From a virus (Duplodnaviria; Caudoviricetes): a stretch of 61,221 bases of DNA. This document shows positions 19,064 through 27,142 of this stretch, piece after piece. Numbering within the stretch: position 1 is the first letter of the stretch; each line of letters begins with the position of its first letter. The notes under the pieces were generated by a model that saw nothing but the letters and a program-made list of their open reading frames with translations, was not told the origin of the DNA and did not search any database. The stretch spans positions 1 through 61,221 of IMG/VR virus record IMGVR_UViG_3300031631_000002; one strand, given 5' to 3'. The position numbers were made by a program, and so were the translations under genes.

Positions 19064-19897
19064 TTATCTATTATAAAACATATTATTACTGTCGGCTGCT
19101 TCAAAGTCAAGCACTTTCTGCGCTGCGACCATTGCCGCCGCCATTACTTGATTAAAATCTGCTATACCATCAACAAGTCCAATACTCACAGCTTGTTCAC
19201 CTATAAATGTGCGACCGGACTTGATCTCGCTGAGGCCAGTAAACCGCAAACCGCGCATCTCAGAAACGAAATCATAAAATTTATTTGCCATATACATTAC
19301 CTGAGCCTGGATGTAAGTCTCATTCTCTTTGGAAAGCGGCTCGTACTCGTTGCCAGCCATTTTCTTTGCTCCGGACTTTATCACCTTAACGTCATACCCA
19401 GCTTCTTTCAACATCCGTGCTCTTGAAGCTACTATCCTAACCACCCCGACGGATCCAACGGTTGTGAGGTCGTCTATATGGAAGGTGTCTGTTGAGATTG
19501 CTTGGAACAATGCAGCGCTAGCAGTTGTTGAAGAAGAGTGAGAGAAGGTTGGAATATCCAATGAACGTACAAAATCAGAGTGCCCTCTCATCCCACTCAC
19601 ATGACCACCTGGCGAATTCCAGTCGTAAACAAGTGATTTAACTCCGTATTCTTCGATAGCTTCCAAAGCAGCCTGCTTCAATTCATTGTAAGATACAAGT
19701 CCTGCCCAACGGTTGTATTCCGAGTCTCTGTTGGTGAGCATCCCACTTGCGGAAATTATACCTACGTTCTCATGCACTGTAAGGAGGCAAGACTCAGGAG
19801 CTTCTTTTCCTGAAGTCTCATAGGCGACTACGTCGTCGTGAGCTTGGAAGAAATCCCCGTCATACCCTTTCATGATTGCTAATATTTCTTTGCTCAT
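19064..19897 (-). CDS. Prohead protease, S49 (SppA/ClpP-like) family
   Basis: NSPGG, ASAA, VGSVGV, KSGAKK and GRTFIGEQAVSIGLVD motifs; start moved to MSKEIL. Confidence 0.9.
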   Translation of the reverse strand: MSKEILAIMKGYDGDFFQAHDDVVAYETSGKEAPESCLLTVHENVGIISASGMLTNRDSEYNRWAGLVSYNELKQAALEAIEEYGVKSLVYDWNSPGGHVSGMRGHSDFVRSLDIPTFSHSSSTTASAALFQAISTDTFHIDDLTTVGSVGVVRIVASRARMLKEAGYDVKVIKSGAKKMAGNEYEPLSKENETYIQAQVMYMANKFYDFVSEMRGLRFTGLSEIKSGRTFIGEQAVSIGLVDGIADFNQVMAAAMVAAQKVLDFEAADSNNMFYNR

Positions 19898-19898
19898 A

Positions 19899-21365
19899 TT
19901 ATTTTCCTGAGTTCTTTCCTGGTACTCCTGTAGGTGCATCACTTTGGGTATCTTTAGTATTTTGAGTGCTGTCTGATTTTCCTGATGCTGTGTCCACGCT
20001 AGTGTTTGAATAACTGTTGTTTTTTGTGTCTACTGGGCCAACGTCAAACATTGTCCCAGAAAGCGGTTTATACCCTACTGGAGGAAGAGTCCCTGTAAGT
20101 TCGATTGCTACTTCCTCGTCTGAACGTAAGCCAAGAGACAGCTCTTTTAAAAGTCTAGCCTGCCTCATTACAAAAAATGATTCTAATTCGATAGACGGCC
20201 TCAGATCGATGGCAGCAAATTCAAATTTAACATTCGCATCTTGCCCCATCAGTTTTATGGCTAAGGTGAATGCCCGGGAAAGCAGTATGTTCAACTCATT
20301 CTGAGCCGCAGTCATAGCTTTCAGGAACAGCAGTGACTCAGTACTCCCGTTTGCACTTGACTCCCCTCTGCCGATAATAGACGGAAGAATCTTAGCTCCG
20401 GAAGATAGCTGACCTGAAATTAATGACTGCAGGACTGCTATGCTTCTGTCTTCTGATCTGTTGGCATTGCTTATGTCTGAGGCTTTAATGGTGTCGAAAA
20501 GTACTAGTGAGCTTTCCGGGGATAAGGTCTCTAATTGCGCTTCAAGTGATGCCACAGTTTCTTTAGCTCTTTCAGCAAGTTTCTTAGTGTCGTTCTGATC
20601 TTCTAAGGATAGCGTCTTGACCCACGCTTCAGAATCAATAGTGATAGTGAGTCGTTGAAGGAGATTCTTTGTTGCAGCACGTCTCAACGTATCAGCAAAT
20701 TCAACATCCCACATGGAGGGCTGCAGTGCAGTTTGCAGGGGACTCTCTGCATACGGAGTATCGCCAGTCTGCTGAGTGGCCGAATAAAATATAGTTGGGT
20801 AGTTTAGATGAACTTCAGAATCTTGCTTTGTCTTATATACTGGATATGTCGTTGTTTTATTGTCAGCCCATTTAATCTGTGATGTGTCAACAGATTTAAT
20901 ATATGAAGGTAGTCTTGACTTATCTAACACTAACTCTGCCATCATCCCACCATACCTGAAGGAATCAAATAGAAGTGAGGCCGACAAGGAACGAATATCT
21001 GTTGATCTCGTAAACATCGTGTAGTCAGGAGATTCTCTATCCCAGTGAGCTGACAGCAATTGCGCAGCTTCTGTTCCTGGAACGGAGATCCTGCCTAAAG
21101 AGTCGTAAGCTACTACGGTATAATTTTTGGATATGGTTGTTGATATCTTTGTGGCTACTGCTTGGGATAGATCAGGAGAGACTCGACAAAGCCTAGCTAC
21201 TGCTTCACCCATATCTCTTGAGCTACGGGCGAAATTAGATCTGTCAAGTGATAATGTGTTCTGAGATGAATTTGTTACAAGAGCTGACTTAACACCACCA
21301 AGGTACGGTGGCGGAGCCTGCGCTCCTGGCTTTACTTTTATTTTAGCCTTCTCAGTTGTTGCCAT
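19899..21365 (-). CDS. Portal protein
   Basis: 488 aa, between terminase and protease. Confidence 0.8.
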   Translation of the reverse strand: MATTEKAKIKVKPGAQAPPPYLGGVKSALVTNSSQNTLSLDRSNFARSSRDMGEAVARLCRVSPDLSQAVATKISTTISKNYTVVAYDSLGRISVPGTEAAQLLSAHWDRESPDYTMFTRSTDIRSLSASLLFDSFRYGGMMAELVLDKSRLPSYIKSVDTSQIKWADNKTTTYPVYKTKQDSEVHLNYPTIFYSATQQTGDTPYAESPLQTALQPSMWDVEFADTLRRAATKNLLQRLTITIDSEAWVKTLSLEDQNDTKKLAERAKETVASLEAQLETLSPESSLVLFDTIKASDISNANRSEDRSIAVLQSLISGQLSSGAKILPSIIGRGESSANGSTESLLFLKAMTAAQNELNILLSRAFTLAIKLMGQDANVKFEFAAIDLRPSIELESFFVMRQARLLKELSLGLRSDEEVAIELTGTLPPVGYKPLSGTMFDVGPVDTKNNSYSNTSVDTASGKSDSTQNTKDTQSDAPTGVPGKNSGK

Positions 21366-21430
21366 GTTTTCGCCCGTTTAATTAATTATAGTGTTACTTC
21401 TACACCTGGGGTTTGTAAAAGTCAAGTGGA

Positions 21431-23137
21431 TTAAACTTTGCTATTTTTTATATTATATACAGCCATTGGTGGGCCAGCAGCGAAAGTATTTTTAGACAGC
21501 AGCCTCGATGCCATGCTGCAGTAAAGGCTTGAGTGGTGAATATGATCCTCCGCCTTCCCGTTAGGCTTCATCCATCTGTAACTTACGAACTCGTCTTCAC
21601 TGCCTCTGTAATCCCTCTGCCTGGACATAACAGACAGTTGGTCAAGCACCAGGTTGTCCATTGAAGATGCCTTGTACGCTATGAGCCCATTTACTACCTG
21701 GTCTGCGAAGTAATCAAAGGCTGGAGTCATGTTGATGTTTATTATTTTAATGTTTCCTACTGCTTCATCTTCTTTTGACTTCAATGAGAACAACTCTAAC
21801 TTTTTCGCTGACTGTGATGAGTTTGCATAAACAGCTGCCCAGGTGTTTGGGACTGTGTTTACAAAGTGAGCTGTTAACTCTGTGTAAGGTAGTAGATCTA
21901 TAACTCCTGACACACACCTGTACTCCCTTAGGAGCTTTGGCAAATCTATTCGAATAGATTTAAGTGGTAGAAACTCCACCCGGTGAATGTATAATCTTCC
22001 TTCTATTATGGATCCAATGGTAAGGCATGAGTGCTTGCCGACATCCAGGCCAAATACGTTAAGTTGTCCGGCTTCGTGGTTCTCGAACTTCACTTGGGTT
22101 ATATCTAATGCGTTCTCACGGGCTGATATTGGTTCAGCCAAGAACTGACACTTGAACTCATTCCTGTCGTCCATTTTTACCATATCTGTGATCAGATCAG
22201 ATGGTTTAACGTAGTGAGGTAAGTCAAAAGGGCCTATTTTCATGCCACGTTTTGGTAGATTTGGAGACTCTGCTACGTTAACCCACTCAGTGTGAGGGTG
22301 GCCGAATGGTGTAGGTTTGTGGCATCTTGGGCACTCTAAGTAGGATTTTGACACGTCAAGCTCTAGGTTAGTTATTTTACTGAGTGTCAGTGCCTGAAGT
22401 GGGTCGTTGTAACCCGGCAACTTAACATTCTCCCAGAAGTTTGGGAAAAATTCGTGATTGCACCGCTCACATTTCAGTATAGCCTGCCAGATGTGACCGC
22501 ACTTCTGAATTTCCAAATCTATATCTGAGTCTTTAAATCTTGGTGAGCTGAAGTATATGGTGGATTTGTGTTCCTGATGACGTTGACGAGCTGCCATGCT
22601 GGAGAGTGTCTTCATTGAGATGTATTGCAGTTCGTCAGCAACTATACATCGAAGAGGTCTTGAGATTGTTGTTGATTTTGACGTTCCGGACCCTGACAAA
22701 CCAAATATACAGGAGCCGTTTATGAGCCGCTTAAGTGATGCTGAGTCCACCTTCCTATCTTTCATGGCCTTAAGTGTAGGAGACCCGTCGATTATACTAG
22801 CTAGGCGTATTTTGAAGGTTTCAGAGGTCTGAGTTAGAGACGGCATCACAAGAGCAGCTGAAAAACCAGGTATCGTGGCGGCGTAAGCCATTAATACGCG
22901 GTATATAATCTCACTGGCTCCAGCTTGTGCTACTTTATGGCATACAAACTGCACGTCTGGATCTACCAACTCTTCCATCATCTTTAATTGATACTCATGG
23001 TGAAGAGTTGTGAAGGGTCTACCAAGTAAGAAGGTTTCCTCGGTTACAAATTTCTTTATCACGTCTTTCTGTGGTCTGATTGCAGTAGTTATTCTAGATA
23101 AAGATTGTTTTAATATTGGATTATCCGAGCAGTTCAT
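21431..23137 (-). CDS. terL: Terminase large subunit (lambda gpA-like)
   Basis: Walker A-like KVAQAGASE, Walker B IVADE, CxxC...CxxC zinc motif, nuclease motif FGLDVG. Confidence 0.9.
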   Translation of the reverse strand: MNCSDNPILKQSLSRITTAIRPQKDVIKKFVTEETFLLGRPFTTLHHEYQLKMMEELVDPDVQFVCHKVAQAGASEIIYRVLMAYAATIPGFSAALVMPSLTQTSETFKIRLASIIDGSPTLKAMKDRKVDSASLKRLINGSCIFGLSGSGTSKSTTISRPLRCIVADELQYISMKTLSSMAARQRHQEHKSTIYFSSPRFKDSDIDLEIQKCGHIWQAILKCERCNHEFFPNFWENVKLPGYNDPLQALTLSKITNLELDVSKSYLECPRCHKPTPFGHPHTEWVNVAESPNLPKRGMKIGPFDLPHYVKPSDLITDMVKMDDRNEFKCQFLAEPISARENALDITQVKFENHEAGQLNVFGLDVGKHSCLTIGSIIEGRLYIHRVEFLPLKSIRIDLPKLLREYRCVSGVIDLLPYTELTAHFVNTVPNTWAAVYANSSQSAKKLELFSLKSKEDEAVGNIKIININMTPAFDYFADQVVNGLIAYKASSMDNLVLDQLSVMSRQRDYRGSEDEFVSYRWMKPNGKAEDHIHHSSLYCSMASRLLSKNTFAAGPPMAVYNIKNSKV

Positions 23138-23402
23138 TCAACTTTTCCGTGAATATGTGGTATTTATCTGAGGGAAATATCTCTTTTGCCGCCTCTATTA
23201 GGGCTTGTTCTGTCTTTAGGATCAATTCCATATTTATTACTTCTGCTTGTGTTTTGGTAAGCTCTTTTATTATTGCAGTCAGCGCTGTCATTGCTGAAGC
23301 ACGGGAGCTGAAGGACTCATCTTGATCTTTAGATGCTTGCTCAGCAAGTCCCTCTATCCTAGTGAAATGAGCTGTTATCTCTTTGTTTAGGTCTATTTGC
23401 AT
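23121..23402 (-). CDS. Terminase small subunit (putative)
   Basis: Helical 93 aa overlapping the terL start. Confidence 0.55.
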   Translation of the reverse strand: MQIDLNKEITAHFTRIEGLAEQASKDQDESFSSRASAMTALTAIIKELTKTQAEVINMELILKTEQALIEAAKEIFPSDKYHIFTEKLNELLG

Positions 23403-23626
23403 CGATGGATGTAACTCCTGGAGGATTTAACGGTCATTGCATTTATCTCGGCTAAGACTGCTAGGACTTCTGAGGTAACTTGATTCCCACCCCTGTGAAG
23501 TGCCATGTGCAGGTTGTTAGTTAGCTGAGATAGGTCGCCTAGCATTTCGTTAGTGTTTCTGTATTTCCCATCTCTGTGGGTTAAGTTCTTGAATTCCTCG
23601 TCTGAGAGGTTATTTGGTATTTGCAT
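23393..23626 (-). CDS. Hypothetical protein
   Basis: Overlaps both neighbours in the same operon. Confidence 0.5.
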   Translation of the reverse strand: MQIPNNLSDEEFKNLTHRDGKYRNTNEMLGDLSQLTNNLHMALHRGGNQVTSEVLAVLAEINAMTVKSSRSYIHRCK

Positions 23627-23768
23627 TTGGGTATTCCTTGTCGATAGCTCTGCGAATAAGTTCTGACACAGTTAGACCTGTTGATGCTGAGATTGATCTT
23701 AATCTTTCTCGTTGAGGCGGTGTTATCGTCACCCCTACCTTAATTACTTTTAGTTTTGTACGTTTCAT
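23610..23768 (-). CDS. Ribbon-helix-helix regulator, 52 aa (not in ORF track)
   Basis: MKRTKLKVIKVGVTITPPQRERLRSISASTGLTVSELIRRAIDKEYPNANTK, CopG-like G.TVSELIRRAI; TTGACA-16-TGTAAT just upstream with almost no leader. Confidence 0.8.
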   Translation of the reverse strand: MKRTKLKVIKVGVTITPPQRERLRSISASTGLTVSELIRRAIDKEYPNANTK

Positions 23769-24223
23769 ATTGGTAGTATTACAGTACGGAATACCTCTTT
23801 GTCAATATCTTTTTGGAAAATATTTCTGGAATACCTCTTTACAGTTTGGTATCTGAGTCGAACAGTGCTCTAATGAGGGCCTGGTTCCATAAGTACCACA
23901 AAGCGGTACCCGTCAACCGTAAACTTTGTTTACGCCAGTGTAAACTTTGTTACCGTCAACGTTGTTCACACTTTAAGCGTTTCACTTTTTCGTCTCAAAA
24001 CATTTATAACGTAATGGCACGGTAATTGTTGCAAGCTATTATCATGTAATACCTAACACATTGATAGAGTGTAAAAATTTTTACGCGCTGGCGATGCAGA
24101 TTGAAGCAATCAAATCTTCATTATGATGAATAAAAGTAGTGCAATATTTGGCAAGGCATGTTAATATTGCATTGTTCCATTTAGATTAGATAAGATTTAT
24201 TCAACTTCACAAAGGCGGACCCA

Positions 24224-24319
24224 ATGCAAGAATTCTTTTCTCAGTCAATTTATGTAGCACTACTTGGAATTAATATATGTGTGTATTCTATAGTGTTAGC
24301 TATCATAAGCACTATATAA
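24224..24319 (+). CDS. 31-aa single-TM peptide (putative)
   Basis: MQEFFSQSIYVALLGINICVYSIVLAIISTI; weak RBS AAAGGCGG. Confidence 0.4.
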   Translation: MQEFFSQSIYVALLGINICVYSIVLAIISTI

Positions 24320-24340
24320 CAGCTAAACAGGAGACGCACA

Positions 24341-24478
24341 ATGTACGCATATAAAAATCTTTATTCTGCTATTGCAGAAGCTTACCAACAAGGCGCCATA
24401 TCCACGCGCCTTTCGGGGTGGATAAATCTAGACGTCTGCACGTGCGGTGCGCCCACTCACGTGGGTTGTTGTTGGTAG
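24341..24478 (+). CDS. 45-aa Cys-rich microprotein
   Basis: AGGAG RBS; MYAYKNLYSAIAEAYQQGAISTRLSGWINLDVCTCGAPTHVGCCW. Confidence 0.55.
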   Translation: MYAYKNLYSAIAEAYQQGAISTRLSGWINLDVCTCGAPTHVGCCW

Positions 24479-24926
24479 TCAAGCTTTAAAGCCGACTAAC
24501 TTTTGATAGTCGGTTGATCTTCTCTACATGCTAGATTATAAGCAAACGGAATTACAGCTCTGTGACAAGGGTATCACCCTTGTGATTCTTATAACTCCCA
24601 TATCTAGCCTTCACGCTTGTCGTGGTCACATAAAATAGTTGAACGGCTAGTTAGTAAGTAGTCAAGCAAGATACTTACTGGTTAGATCATCAAGATACCA
24701 CATTGTTTTAACCTTCAGTAATTTCAAATTTGCAGGCATTAACACAAAGAAAAAGCGCACTTATCCCTTCTCTTTCCCTTGTGCCTGTACCTCTTTCACA
24801 TAACATTTATTTTCTCATTATCTTGGTAGAATAAAGCCCGACTATTTTCGTGATAATTATTCTGTTTATTTTCTTTTTCTTGTTCTTTTTCCTAGTTAAT
24901 AAAAAATTTTTCTTGGAGAAATAAAA

Positions 24927-25577
24927 ATGTCAAACAATCAATTTAGTAAAGCAGTAGAAAGTTTTAAAACTTATTCCCTCACAACCGCTAATTTTTTCTC
25001 TTCATGCCGCCGACAGGGTATGACTAGAAAAGATTATGAAACGTGGTCGGTGCAAGAGTTGTGTGCTATGTCAGACGTTATAAAGGAGTACGCGTTTAAA
25101 AAAGACGGTTCGGTCAAAACCGTCTCTGCCGTCTGGAAAAACTTTACTCCCGCTAAAAATAAGGCGGACCGCGGTACATTAGACTGGTCTATAGCTTTCG
25201 CGAATAGCAGTATGGTAGGTTATTCAAACTATCTGAAAGCAAACGGCCTTGATCCAAAAACTTGTAAAGCGGCACCTGTATTATTGTATCCAGTACTTGA
25301 GGCCGTTGTTAACGAGGCCGCTGTGAACGAGGCCGCTGTGAACGAGGCCGCTGTGAACGAGGCCGCTGTGAACGAGGCCACCGTGAACGAGGCCGCTGTG
25401 AACGAGGCCGCTGTGAACGAGCTAACAAGCTTAAAAGAACAGGTAATGGGTAAAGAAGAGCATTTCTTGACCGTACAAAAAGCGGTACTTGCTATCATAT
25501 CGGGAGTCAACGAGAAGAAGACAAAAGCTCAATTGCTCGAAGCAATCAATGAGATTGAAAAAATCGTTAATTGTTAA
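24927..25577 (+). CDS. Orphan protein with (EAAVN)8 linker and C-terminal helical domain
   Basis: GGAGAAATAAAAATG RBS, 216 aa, no family recognised. Confidence 0.85.
   Translation: MSNNQFSKAVESFKTYSLTTANFFSSCRRQGMTRKDYETWSVQELCAMSDVIKEYAFKKDGSVKTVSAVWKNFTPAKNKADRGTLDWSIAFANSSMVGYSNYLKANGLDPKTCKAAPVLLYPVLEAVVNEAAVNEAAVNEAAVNEAAVNEATVNEAAVNEAAVNELTSLKEQVMGKEEHFLTVQKAVLAIISGVNEKKTKAQLLEAINEIEKIVNC
25299..25421 (+). repeat. 15-bp coding tandem repeat, 8 copies
   Basis: Unit GAGGCCGCTGTGAAC, with two variant copies. Confidence 0.95.
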
Positions 25578-25594
25578 TACTAACTATAGTAAAA

Positions 25595-25841
25595 ATTCAA
25601 GTTACTAATTTTAGTAACTTGAATAGCCGGACAAAGAACAAGAAAAAGAAAATAAACGATTTTACTAAAATTTAGTAAAAATAACCGTTAAGCGATTAGT
25701 TCAGAATCGTTAACGGAATTTTTGCGTTTACTGGATTTTAGTAAGTTTTCAGAATTTACTAAAATTTAGTAAAATTTGCTAGTATCCACGCCTTGATTGG
25801 AAAGGATAACCAGCAATTACATTTTACTAAATTTTAGTAAA
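25595..25841. repeat. Cluster of five TTACT(A/G)(A/G)-N-TTAGTAA palindromes
   Basis: 25595-25624, 25660-25680, 25728-25744, 25755-25773, 25823-25841; a sixth copy at 31988-32004. Confidence 0.9.
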
Positions 25842-26152
25842 CGATATTACGTAATTCACTTGTGAGTGAATGTATCGGAAAATGAAATAAACAGAATATG
25901 CTAAAATGATTGGGTAATATTTTGGGTTAACAAAACTGAAATACTTGGAATGTTGAGCCGTAAGAATGTTTTCTATGAAAATGTTTGAGGCATGTCACTC
26001 GATCTAGCGAAAAGAACCAGCCTAGCAAGCTGGTTCTGATTTGCCAGCACAATTGCGTGGTGGCAAATTGGAACCAACTAACTTTTACTCTCTCCAGAGA
26101 GTAAACATTTAAAGAAGTGATGTCAAGAATCCTAAACTATAAAAGGAGAATG

Positions 26153-26521
26153 ATGATGACAAAATTCTTAGCAGTATGCAAAACAATAAGAAAGAACGAG
26201 AAATTCAAACGTGCCGCATTAGTAAGTAGCATGGACGGCCTACAGGACGCCCTGTGTGTCCCTTACAAAGAAGGCGTGAATTTGTATGCCTTAGTATGCC
26301 TTCATCCGTTTGAAGGCGTGAGCGGACAGCAATGGGCAGCAAGACACCTATTTGGCGGCGGATCGTCGGCAATGAAGAAATTGACAAAATTTGAAGTGGA
26401 AATAACGCCAATAATTGTGAAAGAGGAATCACGCTCGATAAGAGCAGAATTTGAGCGTTCATGCGATCCTAGGATGATCGGCTTGGGAAGTAAAGAAACA
26501 AGACTATGTAATATCTTATAA
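26153..26521 (+). CDS. Hypothetical early protein
   Basis: AAAGGAG RBS before ATGATGATG. Confidence 0.7.
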   Translation: MMTKFLAVCKTIRKNEKFKRAALVSSMDGLQDALCVPYKEGVNLYALVCLHPFEGVSGQQWAARHLFGGGSSAMKKLTKFEVEITPIIVKEESRSIRAEFERSCDPRMIGLGSKETRLCNIL

Positions 26522-26533
26522 AGGAGAAAACGT

Positions 26534-26656
26534 ATGGAAATAACATTTGAGTATTATTGTGTGCTGAGATCACACTCATGGAGCCGTCACAAAGCATATG
26601 CAAAGAGAAACAAGAGAACACATTACCCGTTCTTCTCCTATTACTTATCGACCTAA
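26534..26656 (+). CDS. 40-aa basic microprotein
   Basis: AAGGAG RBS; MEITFEYYCVLRSHSWSRHKAYAKRNKRTHYPFFSYYLST. Confidence 0.55.
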   Translation: MEITFEYYCVLRSHSWSRHKAYAKRNKRTHYPFFSYYLST

Positions 26657-26831
26657 CTTTTTACTCTCTCTGGAGAGTAAACTTTAATAAAGACAATGTA
26701 AAGTAGAAAATACATTAATTTCAGAAACAAGCCCTAACAAATTAACCTAGCAAATCACTATCCAACAATTACAGTTAGTTAGAAATAATTCTAACTAGTA
26801 TCACCACCTAACACACTCAAGGAGAAATAAA

Positions 26832-26930
26832 ATGTCACTAGAAGATGTAATCCGGGAAGTTCAAAAAGAAATTGATGAAGAATTCAACTGGGATCTTGAA
26901 CCTGAAACCGAACTTGACTTCGAATCTTAA
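26832..26930 (+). CDS. 32-aa very acidic microprotein
   Basis: AAGGAGAAATAAAATG RBS; MSLEDVIREVQKEIDEEFNWDLEPETELDFES; followed by hairpin AACAGCCGATTA...TAATCGGCTGTT. Confidence 0.65.
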   Translation: MSLEDVIREVQKEIDEEFNWDLEPETELDFES

Positions 26931-27142
26931 ACAAAACAGCCGATTAAACCCACCTAATCGGCTGTTCACGAGGAAAACTATGAAATGTCTTGCCCTAGTA
27001 TACTGGATCGTTTTATTTGCTGTAGCAGGCCAATTTGACTACAACGAGGAAATAGAATGCGAAACGCAATCAGAATTGCAATCGAATCTCCAACCTACTG
27101 GCTTTTCAAGCCAACAATCCGCTTGGAAATAGTAAAGCACAT

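Larger units (their letters stand above)
24864..25657. repeat. Perfect 25-bp inverted repeat bracketing ORF 24927..25577
   Basis: GTTTATTTTCTTTTTCTTGTTCTTT (24864-24888) and AAAGAACAAGAAAAAGAAAATAAAC (25633-25657). Confidence 0.9.

Noticed and set aside
24864-25657. Insertion sequence with terminal inverted repeats
   Set aside because: The enclosed ORF shows no transposase or recombinase motif and I saw no target-site duplication; kept as a structural finding instead.
24490-26100. Group I or group II intron with internal ORF
   Set aside because: No interrupted host gene, no recognisable catalytic core by eye, and the ORF is not a homing endonuclease or maturase.
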